This document shows positions 42,791 through 50,763 of a DNA stretch of 64,000 nt, one piece after another. Source of the stretch: a virus (lineage: Duplodnaviria; Caudoviricetes); the IMG/VR virus record IMGVR_UViG_3300010398_000010, positions 1-64,000 of that record; one strand, given 5' to 3'. A program made the position numbers and the translations under genes. The notes under the pieces are model-generated. The model saw only the letters and a list, made by a program, of their open reading frames with translations. It had not been told where the DNA came from and ran no database searches. Numbering within the stretch: position 1 is the stretch's first letter; each line of letters opens with the position of its first letter.

Positions 42791-44036
42791 CGCGAAACCC
42801 CGCTCAACCTCCCTCGCCCTGGCCGGCGTCGCCGTGCTCATGGTGCTCGGCGCGGTCGCCGCCGTGTTCATCCCCCTCAGCAACGGCGACGGCGCGACCT
42901 CGCTGCCGATCATGCCGGGGCTGAGCCCGGCACCGGCCAGCTTGAGCCCGGCCGCGACCGGCACGCCCAGCTCGAGCCACCCTCCGACGACCAGCCCGGC
43001 CGGCTGCTGCCCGGTCCGCCAGCCGTCGCCCGGATCCGGGGTCGTGCCGGTCGCCTACCCGGCACCGACCAAGACCTACCCGGCGCCGAACCGCACCTAT
43101 CCGGCACCGTCGCGGACCTACCCGGCACCGACGACCAGCTACCCGCCGCCGCCGCCCTCACCGACGCCGCCGCCGGGCTCGGATCTGCCGCCGCCGATGA
43201 AGCTGACCGCGCCGATGACCGGTGCCGCCACGACCGACCTGGCCGCGTGGGACGCCGCGACCCACTCGACCGCGCAACTGATGGTCCGCTACGTGTCGAT
43301 GGCGTCGCCGCTGTCCCCGACGTTCATTCACTCCGCGCTGCGGGTCGCCAACGGCGCGACCCCGGTGATCGAGATCCTGCTCCGCGACAGCGCCTCAACC
43401 TCCGGGCAGGGCATCACGCTGGAATCGGTCGCCAGCGGATCGCAGGACGCGTGGCTGTCCCAGCTGCGCGACCAGATCACCGCGATGGGCCACCCGGTCA
43501 TACTCAGCTTCGCCCCCGAACCCAACGGTGCCTGGTACACCTGGGGCCAGGATCCGGGCGGGTTCATCACCGCCTACCGGCATGTGCACACCGTGGTCGG
43601 CACCAACGACGTGACGTGGATGTGGCAGCCCTCGGCCAGCCAGTCGCCGCCCACCACCTCAACCGACGACCTCGGCCACTACTGGCCCGGGGCGAGCTAC
43701 GTCGACTGGGTCGGGCTGGACGGCTACTACTACGTGCCCGGCGACAGCTTTGAGCACCGGTTCGCGCACAGCCTGGCCGAACTCGCGACGTGGTGGACCG
43801 GGCCGGTGATCATCGCGGAGACCGCCGTCAGCCCGGACACCAAGAACATGCCGAACGACGTTACCGACCTGTTCGACGGGGTAACCCGTCACCACCTGCT
43901 CGGGCTGATCTATTTCGACCTCAAGCCCGTGTGCCCGCCCGAATGCGGGCAGTTCCACCCCGATTTCCGCCTTGAGTCTTACCCCCCCGCCTTGGCGGCC
44001 TACGTCAAGGCGGTTTCGACATGGCCATCCCCCTAG
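42768..44036 (+). CDS. membrane-anchored GH26-like glycoside hydrolase
   Basis: N-terminal TM, Pro-rich linker, SFAPEPNGAWYTWG, YWPGASYVDWVGLDGY, PVIIAET. Confidence 0.85.
   Translation: MTRNPRHSAKPRSTSLALAGVAVLMVLGAVAAVFIPLSNGDGATSLPIMPGLSPAPASLSPAATGTPSSSHPPTTSPAGCCPVRQPSPGSGVVPVAYPAPTKTYPAPNRTYPAPSRTYPAPTTSYPPPPPSPTPPPGSDLPPPMKLTAPMTGAATTDLAAWDAATHSTAQLMVRYVSMASPLSPTFIHSALRVANGATPVIEILLRDSASTSGQGITLESVASGSQDAWLSQLRDQITAMGHPVILSFAPEPNGAWYTWGQDPGGFITAYRHVHTVVGTNDVTWMWQPSASQSPPTTSTDDLGHYWPGASYVDWVGLDGYYYVPGDSFEHRFAHSLAELATWWTGPVIIAETAVSPDTKNMPNDVTDLFDGVTRHHLLGLIYFDLKPVCPPECGQFHPDFRLESYPPALAAYVKAVSTWPSP
43056..43145 (+). repeat. 7-aa (21-nt) tandem repeat YPAPxxT in the GH26 linker
   Basis: YPAPTKT YPAPNRT YPAPSRT YPAPTTS YP. 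Confidence 0.85.
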
Positions 44037-44452
44037 CAGTCAAACTCGGCGCGCTCGCTGCGGCCGGGATCATCGGCTCGGCCTCGACCACCCCGCCGTG
44101 CGTCTGCCAGCCGGAAACCGAAACCATCAGCTGCACCGATGGGGTCTCATCGTTCGCGGCGGCGGTGTGCACGCAGACGCCGGTCCCCGCTGGTCTGCAC
44201 GCAGGTGCCGACCCCGCAGCCCCCGCTCTGACTGAGGTGACGCTGCTCTGCCCACCCGGCCATGAGACCGCGATCTCGGCCGGGTTCCGGCACCTGGCCG
44301 GCCCGTTCCGGCCGCTGCTGGAAATGTCGCCGCTGGTGCCGTCCGGCCCGCACGCCATCGGTTACCGGTTCATCTGGCGGACCAAGGGCGGGACCGACCT
44401 CAAGGTTTACATCACCTGCCAAGCGGTGACCCCCGCCGCAGCGGCCACCTGA
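44021..44452 (+). CDS. putative secreted Cys-containing protein
   Basis: Hydrophobic N-terminus MAIPLAVKLGALAAAGIIG; several Cys. Confidence 0.6.
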   Translation: MAIPLAVKLGALAAAGIIGSASTTPPCVCQPETETISCTDGVSSFAAAVCTQTPVPAGLHAGADPAAPALTEVTLLCPPGHETAISAGFRHLAGPFRPLLEMSPLVPSGPHAIGYRFIWRTKGGTDLKVYITCQAVTPAAAAT

Positions 44453-44478
44453 ACGATCGACGATCGAAAGGGTCCGGC

Positions 44479-45177
44479 ATGGCAACTATCAGCTGGATAA
44501 CCCCGTGGGGCCAGATGGCCTACGTCCGCAGCCTCAACGACGGCGTCGCACGAGCGGCGTACGACACGCCCGGTTCTTACGTGATCGGCGGCGCGGTGCC
44601 CGGCTACCGGTGCACACCGGTCCGCATGTTTTCCAGCTTCGACGCCTACGACGCAGCCGAAATGACCGCCGGCGCGTGGGTCTGTCACGACATGGAAAAG
44701 GGCGACGGGTTCCCCGCCCCGGCGCTGGAAAAGCAGCATCCGGCGCTGGCGCACTCGGTGTTCATCAACAAGGCCAAGCGCCGCGGGCACGGGCTGATCT
44801 CCGCGCCCGGCCGTGATCTGGTCTACGTCCCCGGTGCCGACAACATGGCCAAGCCGGGGGAGGACATCAACGACGCCTACCTGCGGTGCGGGATCCCCGG
44901 CATGTGCGCGGGCGCGCAGGTGCTCTCGGTGCAGAGCCAGGGCGCGCAAAAGGATCTGGTGGCGTTCACGAACCTGCTGACCGCCGCCAAGGCGCAGCTG
45001 CCCGACCCGAACCAAGCCCTATGGATGGGGCTGACCACCCAGTTCGCGACGGCTAAGAACCTGGTCGACGCGTACAACGCGGCGATGCCGATCGGTGTTT
45101 CGGGCTGCTGGCTGACGGTGACCAAGGACAATGCGCAGGCGGCGGTCGATTTCCTCAAGTGGGCGTGTGTAGCCTAA
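44479..45177 (+). CDS. hypothetical protein, possibly glycosidase-like (beta/alpha) barrel
   Basis: GAAAGG RBS; alternating beta/alpha pattern (WVCHDME, VLSVQSQ, LWMGLT, VSGCWL). Confidence 0.7.
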   Translation: MATISWITPWGQMAYVRSLNDGVARAAYDTPGSYVIGGAVPGYRCTPVRMFSSFDAYDAAEMTAGAWVCHDMEKGDGFPAPALEKQHPALAHSVFINKAKRRGHGLISAPGRDLVYVPGADNMAKPGEDINDAYLRCGIPGMCAGAQVLSVQSQGAQKDLVAFTNLLTAAKAQLPDPNQALWMGLTTQFATAKNLVDAYNAAMPIGVSGCWLTVTKDNAQAAVDFLKWACVA

Positions 45178-45195
45178 GTCCGTCGCTGAGGCGCA

Positions 45196-45246
45196 ACCGG
45201 CCCGGTCCCCTCTCCCACGGGGGGGCCGGGCCGGTCTTTGCGTTTT
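45196..45246 (+). terminator. intrinsic terminator ending the rightward late block
   Basis: ACCGGCCCGG(T)CCCC / GGGGCCGGGCCGGT stem then CTTTGCGTTTT; lies between convergent genes. Confidence 0.75.
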
Positions 45247-45353
45247 CATGGGCCGGGCGTGGCGGGCTCAGCGCCTCGCAGCCAAACAGGCCGCCCCGGG
45301 CAGTGAGGGGTGGCCCGGCCCGCCGGCGCGGCACAGAGCCGCACAGAGCCGCG

Positions 45354-45644
45354 CTAGGGGTCGGTCAGGTGCATCGCGTGGACCACGGCCAGCGCGAGCA
45401 GTTCGTCATCCACCGGCCGCGACCAATCCGCTTCCGGTAGCTCGCTCATGTCGAGGGCAACCGCGCCCTCCGGGCCGTAGTGCGCGCGGGCGGCGTCGGT
45501 CAGCCGGCGCAGGTTCGCGCCCAGCATGTCAACGTGGCTATCGCAGCACGGGCACGCGAGGTGATAGACCTCGGTGTCGCTGAACGGTTTGAGATCATGA
45601 TGCGGGCGGCGGCGCGGGCGCTGCCCGGGGTGGCGTCGTCTCAC
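45354..45644 (-). CDS. hypothetical protein (start uncertain)
   Basis: CPCC motif; C-terminal two-thirds look coding. Confidence 0.5.
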   Translation of the reverse strand: MRRRHPGQRPRRRPHHDLKPFSDTEVYHLACPCCDSHVDMLGANLRRLTDAARAHYGPEGAVALDMSELPEADWSRPVDDELLALAVVHAMHLTDP

Positions 45645-45670
45645 CGGTCGAGCCTAGCCGCCAAGCGGAA

Positions 45671-45699
45671 CGCCCCGCCGCCATTGGGACGACGGGGCG
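45671..45699 (-). terminator. hairpin, possible leftward terminator
   Basis: Minus strand CGCCCCGUCGUC-CCAAU-GGCGGCGGGGCG, with G-U pairs that only form on this strand. Confidence 0.4.
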
Positions 45700-45791
45700 C
45701 AGGCACCCTCGGGGCGAAACTACTGGACGGGGCACCTTGGCGGCGGCGTTTCCTGAGGCGCCACCGCCCCGGCTCTTAAGGGGTAACCCCG

Positions 45792-45819
45792 CCGGCCGGG
45801 AGCGTGACCTCCCGGCCGG
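45792..45819. terminator. perfect 11-bp hairpin
   Basis: CCGGCCGGGAG-CGTGAC-CTCCCGGCCGG. Confidence 0.45.
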
Positions 45820-45878
45820 GGGGCAGGTGCCGATTCTGAGCAGATGGTGTTCTGCGGCACCTTGACGGCGGCCACTCG

Positions 45879-46022
45879 TTAACCACCGCCCCGTTTGCCG
45901 CGCCCGGCGCGTTCAGCGATCGTCAGCAGAACCGCGCGGGCGGCCGACCAGATGAGCACCGCGACCACGACGGAGACCGCCACCGTGACCGCAAGCTCGG
46001 TCCATTGGTTATCGGGCAGCAT
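45879..46022 (-). CDS. small membrane protein (47 aa)
   Basis: MLPDNQWTELAVTVAVSVVVAVLIWSAARAVLL... Confidence 0.45.
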   Translation of the reverse strand: MLPDNQWTELAVTVAVSVVVAVLIWSAARAVLLTIAERAGRGKRGGG

Positions 46023-46170
46023 GGGCACCGGGATCCGGGCAGTCGTCAGGTGGTGCGCTGTCCAGCCGCTTGCGGCAGTGCGGGCAGTCCGCGAGCGAGT
46101 AGCCCAGATCAGGCGGATCGCCTAGCGGGTAGCTACTCCCCGACTCGGCCGCTGTCAGTTGGCCGCTCAT
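46009..46170 (-). CDS. hypothetical protein (53 aa, CPHC)
   Basis: ATGA coupling to the upstream ORF. Confidence 0.45.
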   Translation of the reverse strand: MSGQLTAAESGSSYPLGDPPDLGYSLADCPHCRKRLDSAPPDDCPDPGAHAAR

Positions 46171-46277
46171 CGCCGGGTCCTGCGGCTGCGCCGGCCGGAC
46201 GCCCAGATGGCCACAAAGACGATGGCCGCCAAGATGGCGAGCAGCATGAGCAGGATGAGCGTGTGCCAAGGGGTCAT
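46167..46277 (-). CDS. small membrane peptide (36 aa)
   Basis: GGAGG RBS; MTPWHTLILLMLLAILAAIVFVAIWASGRRSRRTRR. Confidence 0.55.
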   Translation of the reverse strand: MTPWHTLILLMLLAILAAIVFVAIWASGRRSRRTRR

Positions 46278-46283
46278 GGTTGA

Positions 46284-46769
46284 TCACCTCCCGTCCGCTC
46301 GCCGGGTCCATGCAGCGGCCATCATTTCGACCAGGCACACCGGGCAGCCCTTGGTCCCGATGTGAACCGCGAGCAGGTGCCCGCACTGCGGGCAGCCGGT
46401 GAATATGTCATCGGTGCCAAGGATCTCCCGGTGGCAGATGTCATCGAGGTCGGCCGGCCGTGGTGCCCGCCGCTGGCGGTGCTTGCCGTTGCCGGGCGTG
46501 CCGATCACCACCCGCGCGGCATCGCCAAGGTCGAGCCCCAGCACTGTGCTGGCCGGCACGGGCAGCGGCTCAGCGGCGGTCCCGTGGACCGGGCAGTCGA
46601 GGTTCGCCTTGGTGATGTGATAGCCGGGCTGGCGCTCGGCTTTGAACCGTGGGCAGCGGCAGCCGGCCCGGTCGCGGGTCAGGTGCGCGAAACAGCTTGG
46701 GTCGCCGCAGGAGCCGGGCCAGTTGCCCAGCTGAGCGCGTTCGGTCGTGGTCTTGGTCGTGGTCGTCAT
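46284..46769 (-). CDS. hypothetical Cys/His-rich protein
   Basis: 161 aa; multiple CxC, CPxCxH and CPxC clusters. Confidence 0.65.
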   Translation of the reverse strand: MTTTTKTTTERAQLGNWPGSCGDPSCFAHLTRDRAGCRCPRFKAERQPGYHITKANLDCPVHGTAAEPLPVPASTVLGLDLGDAARVVIGTPGNGKHRQRRAPRPADLDDICHREILGTDDIFTGCPQCGHLLAVHIGTKGCPVCLVEMMAAAWTRRADGR

Positions 46770-47062
46770 TTTGGGAGGGATCCCCCTTCCGGATCGCTGC
46801 TGACCTCAGCTTGATACGCCTTAGCAAAGGCGTCCACCGCGTTCTGAGCGGCGGTGAGGTCGTCATAGGTGCCGTTGGCAGCCGGGTGCTCGATGCGCTG
46901 GCCGTGCGCCTCTGACTGCGGTGAGGCTGGGTCGCGGGCGAAATATTGCAGGTAGTCGCCTGGCCCGCCCCACAAGATATGCGCGGTGGTGCCGGGGATC
47001 GGTCCCCAGATTTCCATGCCGCTGCCCCGGGCGAGGGCGCGGCGGCGCAGCGCGGCGCTCAT
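46766..47062 (-). CDS. hypothetical protein
   Basis: 98 aa; ATGA coupling. Confidence 0.6.
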   Translation of the reverse strand: MSAALRRRALARGSGMEIWGPIPGTTAHILWGGPGDYLQYFARDPASPQSEAHGQRIEHPAANGTYDDLTAAQNAVDAFAKAYQAEVSSDPEGGSLPK

Positions 47063-47571
47063 GCGAGCACCCCCGCGAAGATGCCGTGCAGCGCCTTAGC
47101 CAGCCCAGCCGAGGTGCGGCACCCCAGGCAGGTGCCGAACGTGATCTGCACCGGAGGCCAGATCCGCCCATCGGGCATCGTGTGCGCCGGGGTCGTCAGG
47201 AACGTCGCCTCAAACCCCTGCTCTTGCACCGGCCGCAACTGGCGGCAAAGGTCGCAGGTCCAATCCTCAGCGGTGCCGGACATCGCCATCATCGGGGACA
47301 GCATGCACCGGGCGCACAGCAGCGCCTTGGTGACCATCGACCAGGTGAGCATGTCGGTCCGCCAGATGTGCCGGCAGTAGGGCCGGCCACCGGTCGCTTG
47401 CAGCCACCGGCAGAACTCGGCCCACACCGGCTCACCCCACGGCTGCATGTCGGGCCGGTACCGCTCGCCGTAGGACGCGAAATACTGCGCGTTGTCGTCG
47501 TGGACGCGGCGGGTCATCAGCGCCGCCGCCTGCGCCGCGGACGGCACCCGGCTGTCCTTGCGCTTACCCAC
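47059..47571 (-). CDS. hypothetical protein with CxH/CxxC motifs
   Basis: YCRH, CARC, CDLC, CLGC; start 47571 or 47517. Confidence 0.65.
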   Translation of the reverse strand: MGKRKDSRVPSAAQAAALMTRRVHDDNAQYFASYGERYRPDMQPWGEPVWAEFCRWLQATGGRPYCRHIWRTDMLTWSMVTKALLCARCMLSPMMAMSGTAEDWTCDLCRQLRPVQEQGFEATFLTTPAHTMPDGRIWPPVQITFGTCLGCRTSAGLAKALHGIFAGVLA

Positions 47572-47701
47572 CGCGCACCGAGCTCGAGCTGCTGGGCGTC
47601 GCGTTGACGGGCCGGCCCGGGCAGCGGACCTCACCCCACGGCGCGAGCGTGAACACATGCGGGCCGTGGGGGGCGAAGTTCCCGCAGGAAATCTCACGCA
47701 T
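47564..47701 (-). CDS. hypothetical protein (45 aa)
   Basis: MREISCGNFAPHGPHVF...CPG; fills the gap with short overlaps. Confidence 0.45.
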   Translation of the reverse strand: MREISCGNFAPHGPHVFTLAPWGEVRCPGRPVNATPSSSSSVRGG

Positions 47702-47969
47702 CGCTGCCCCCCTCGGCGGACGGCCCACAACTGGCGCAATCCTCATCGGGCAGCTTGGCCGCATCGCCGCCGGCCTCGCGGATCAGCGTGATGATCGCGA
47801 GCTTGAGCAGGTTGAGGTCGAGCACCCCGGCGAACCCAAGCCCGGAGTTGAGCGGGCCGGGCTCGATGGGGACGGGGTCGCCTAGCGTCACCCCGTTGGC
47901 CTCAAGCCAGGTGTGAAAGCTGTTCATGAACTGGCCGTGCCGGAAATCATGCTGCAAGTTCTCACGCAT
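47694..47969 (-). CDS. hypothetical protein
   Basis: GAAAGGGG RBS; 91 aa. Confidence 0.65.
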   Translation of the reverse strand: MRENLQHDFRHGQFMNSFHTWLEANGVTLGDPVPIEPGPLNSGLGFAGVLDLNLLKLAIITLIREAGGDAAKLPDEDCASCGPSAEGGSDA

Positions 47970-48056
47970 CGTCGGCCGGACCCCCTTTCGGTTGGAAACC
48001 GGTTCTGGTCGGGAACCGGGCCGGACGCACCGTCAGCGGCGATGCGCCCTACTCGG

Positions 48057-48428
48057 TCACCAATCGGAATGATCCTCAAGGTCGGCTATCGACTCGCGGC
48101 TGTCCACCTCGGCCTCCGGGTAGCCGATGGCCAGCATCACCTTGCGGGCCAGCAGCAGATCGAACTTGTGCTCGCCGCCGTCGTGGTGGTCATCCCAGCA
48201 GTTCCCCCGGAACGCCTCGACCGCGTCCCCGACCGTGACGGCGCGGATGCCGGACGGCAGGTCGGGCTGGCTGATGGCTTGCTCCAGCCATCCGAGGCGG
48301 ATCAGGATCTCATCGAGCAGCAGTCCCAGTTCGGCGCGGCTGATCTGGTCGCCGTCGCGTTCCACGATCTCGACCACCTGCTGCGCGCCGGCCCGCTCAT
48401 CCTCGGTCACGTCATAGCGCTCGGTCAT
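48057..48428 (-). CDS. hypothetical protein
   Basis: 123 aa, acidic; ATGA coupling. Confidence 0.7.
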   Translation of the reverse strand: MTERYDVTEDERAGAQQVVEIVERDGDQISRAELGLLLDEILIRLGWLEQAISQPDLPSGIRAVTVGDAVEAFRGNCWDDHHDGGEHKFDLLLARKVMLAIGYPEAEVDSRESIADLEDHSDW

Positions 48429-49426
48429 TCCATGATCCCTTCGATTGCGGAAACCCAGCCGGCCAGGGCAGCAGCAGCCACATCGGCCGGGCTGGCGATC
48501 TCGCCCGTTTCCACGGGCTCACCGTTGACCATCGCGGTCAGCAGCCGGCGAAGAGTGTTGATCTCTTCCATCACCGGGGCTAGGTCGGGGTTCTGGTCAA
48601 GGTCGGTCTGGTCGAACGGGTCGCCGTCAGTCAGCCGGGCGAGCAGTTCGGACCGCGGGTCACCGCCCGGCAGCAGCGTGACCGGCGGCACCAGCATGGC
48701 CGTACGCGGCAGCGGGCCAAGCTCGGCCGTGAACGCCTCCTGGCTCCCCAGCAGGTCGAGATCCGCCCGCCCGCCGACGACCTCGACCTCAGTGATCCGC
48801 GACGCCTCGGCCGACTCGATGTCCGGGTGGGTCACGATCACCGTCACCTCACCGGGCATCAGCCGGGCGAGCAGTTCCCCGCGCTGGGCCGGGTCGAGCC
48901 GGCCCGCCGCCTCAACGATCCCGTCAAGCGTGGCGCGGCCGATCTCCCCGGCGCGGTGGAAGTAGACCCGGACGAACACGTCGCCGCCCTCACCGGACGG
49001 CGCGTCGGTGCGGATCGCCTTAGGCATCGAGGACAGCCACGCCTGCGCTTGCAGCGCGTCCGCGCCCTCGGCCACGTTCACCGACACGACGATCTCGGCC
49101 GTGCCGATATACCCGGCGCGGACCGAGGTGACCGGCAGGCGCTTGCCCGCCAGCACGTCGGCCACCTCGGTCTCAGCGGCGGTCAGTTCCGCCGGCATCG
49201 GCCGCTCGGCCTCGCGTAGCGCCGCGACCGTGGTCTCATACGCCGCGCGCCAATAGCGGTCGGTGCCGACCAGTTGATCGGATGTCCGCACCCCGGTTGG
49301 GTAGTCGGCCTGCGCCTCTTCCGCGCCGGCTTGGGCGTTCATCGCCTGCAAATTGGTGGTCGGGATGAACCGGCCCTGACGGCGGCTGCGCGCCGCCTCG
49401 GCCTGGTCATCAATGAACTTGCTCAT
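48425..49426 (-). CDS. hypothetical protein (333 aa)
   Basis: GGAAAGG RBS before MSKFIDDQ; high GC3. Confidence 0.75.
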   Translation of the reverse strand: MSKFIDDQAEAARSRRQGRFIPTTNLQAMNAQAGAEEAQADYPTGVRTSDQLVGTDRYWRAAYETTVAALREAERPMPAELTAAETEVADVLAGKRLPVTSVRAGYIGTAEIVVSVNVAEGADALQAQAWLSSMPKAIRTDAPSGEGGDVFVRVYFHRAGEIGRATLDGIVEAAGRLDPAQRGELLARLMPGEVTVIVTHPDIESAEASRITEVEVVGGRADLDLLGSQEAFTAELGPLPRTAMLVPPVTLLPGGDPRSELLARLTDGDPFDQTDLDQNPDLAPVMEEINTLRRLLTAMVNGEPVETGEIASPADVAAAALAGWVSAIEGIME

Positions 49427-49994
49427 GACTGTCCTTTCCGTGCATCGCCTCATCCAAGGTCAGTTGCGAACCCGGCACCGGCACCGGCCGCTCACGGCGC
49501 AGCATGCGGGCACCGGTCAGCTGAAACGCCAGATACCCGTCATCCACGGTCTGCCCGACGTGCCGCCACCCGGCCCGCAGATAGCAGTAGCCCGGCACCT
49601 CGCTGGCCACCTCCGCCGGGTCGACAAAAGTCACGATCCCTAGCGGCGGCACATCCGGCCAGCGGTGCATCGAATGCGCCACCGCCCACCGGATCAGCTC
49701 AGACGCCGGTCCTGGGCCACCCTCGCGGCGGTACAGCGTGTTGATCCACGCCCCGGCCCAGCGGTGCTTGACCCACTGCGCCTGCGGCCATGAGGTGACC
49801 CACACCGCCCACGGGCGGCGGGTCACCGGGCTGGTCTCGGTCTTGAGCACCAGGCAGCTGCCCGGCGGGACGAACCCCGACGCGCCAACGTGCTGCCGGT
49901 TGTAATGCCGGTCAGCCACCGCCCGCGCGGCCGGGTCATCCCGCCACGACAGCCGCCACGGCGACTGCCCCGTCAAAGCTCCCATCGCCGTCAC
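49410..49994 (-). CDS. conserved-looking protein, possibly Mom-like/GNAT DNA-modification enzyme
   Basis: ADRHYNRQ..GASGFVPPGSCLVL, WVTSWP, WAGAWINTLYRREG, LGIVTFVD, GYCYLRAGW; family link recalled, not verified. Confidence 0.5.
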   Translation of the reverse strand: MTAMGALTGQSPWRLSWRDDPAARAVADRHYNRQHVGASGFVPPGSCLVLKTETSPVTRRPWAVWVTSWPQAQWVKHRWAGAWINTLYRREGGPGPASELIRWAVAHSMHRWPDVPPLGIVTFVDPAEVASEVPGYCYLRAGWRHVGQTVDDGYLAFQLTGARMLRRERPVPVPGSQLTLDEAMHGKDSHEQVH

Positions 49995-50239
49995 GCCCGG
50001 TAGGAGTAGGGCGGCAGCGTGAACAGCGGCACCGGATCCGAGGTACCGGCGCGGTTCGCCGCCCACGCCTCATGGCGCTCCCGCGCCTGCTCGGCGGCGT
50101 CCTCATCGGAACTGAACGCCAGCCCTTCTTCCCAGTACCACATCGCCTCTTTGACCAGGCTGTAGGCGTCCGGGGACAGCTTGACCAAGGCGGCGATCAC
50201 CTCATCTGCCGCCGCGCGTGCCCGCTGCGCCTCAGTCAT
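49991..50239 (-). CDS. hypothetical protein
   Basis: 82 aa, coupled. Confidence 0.65.
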   Translation of the reverse strand: MTEAQRARAAADEVIAALVKLSPDAYSLVKEAMWYWEEGLAFSSDEDAAEQARERHEAWAANRAGTSDPVPLFTLPPYSYRA

Positions 50240-50763
50240 CGAAGCTCACCACCCTTTCCGTGCTCGCGCTCATGGTGGACGCTGTACGCGTAGCTCGCGC
50301 CCTTGGTCACCGCATCCTCATAGGTGGCCCGGTCGCCGGGGCTCAGCGACTCGATGGCCGAGGGCTCCGGGCGGCACCGCGCGCCGCACTCTGGGCAGAC
50401 CAGGTGGTAGCCGTGCCGGTCGGTGCCGGCCTCGGCGTAGGGGATCCCGACCTCGGCGGCGTAGTGCGCCGCGTCCGCCCCGGGCTCGCTGGTCAACTGG
50501 ACGCGCTCGCCCTCAGACTGCGCAGCCAGCGTGGTGATCGCCACAAGCTCGTTGGTCACCATGTCAGCGCCTAGCCGCTCGGTCAGCAGTTCCCGCACCA
50601 AAGCGGCGTGCCGCCTGGTCAGATCCACCCCGGCCGACGCGCGGATCGCCTCGGCCTCTTCCGGTCGCCAGCCCGACGCCGGGCCGGCGTACTGCTCGCA
50701 GCCCGACTCAAAGCAGATCGCTGAGTCGTCGTGCCGGTGGATGAACCGCAGGCCCATGCTCAT
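50236..50763 (-). CDS. hypothetical protein with CPEC motif
   Basis: 175 aa, coupled. Confidence 0.65.
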   Translation of the reverse strand: MSMGLRFIHRHDDSAICFESGCEQYAGPASGWRPEEAEAIRASAGVDLTRRHAALVRELLTERLGADMVTNELVAITTLAAQSEGERVQLTSEPGADAAHYAAEVGIPYAEAGTDRHGYHLVCPECGARCRPEPSAIESLSPGDRATYEDAVTKGASYAYSVHHEREHGKGGELR

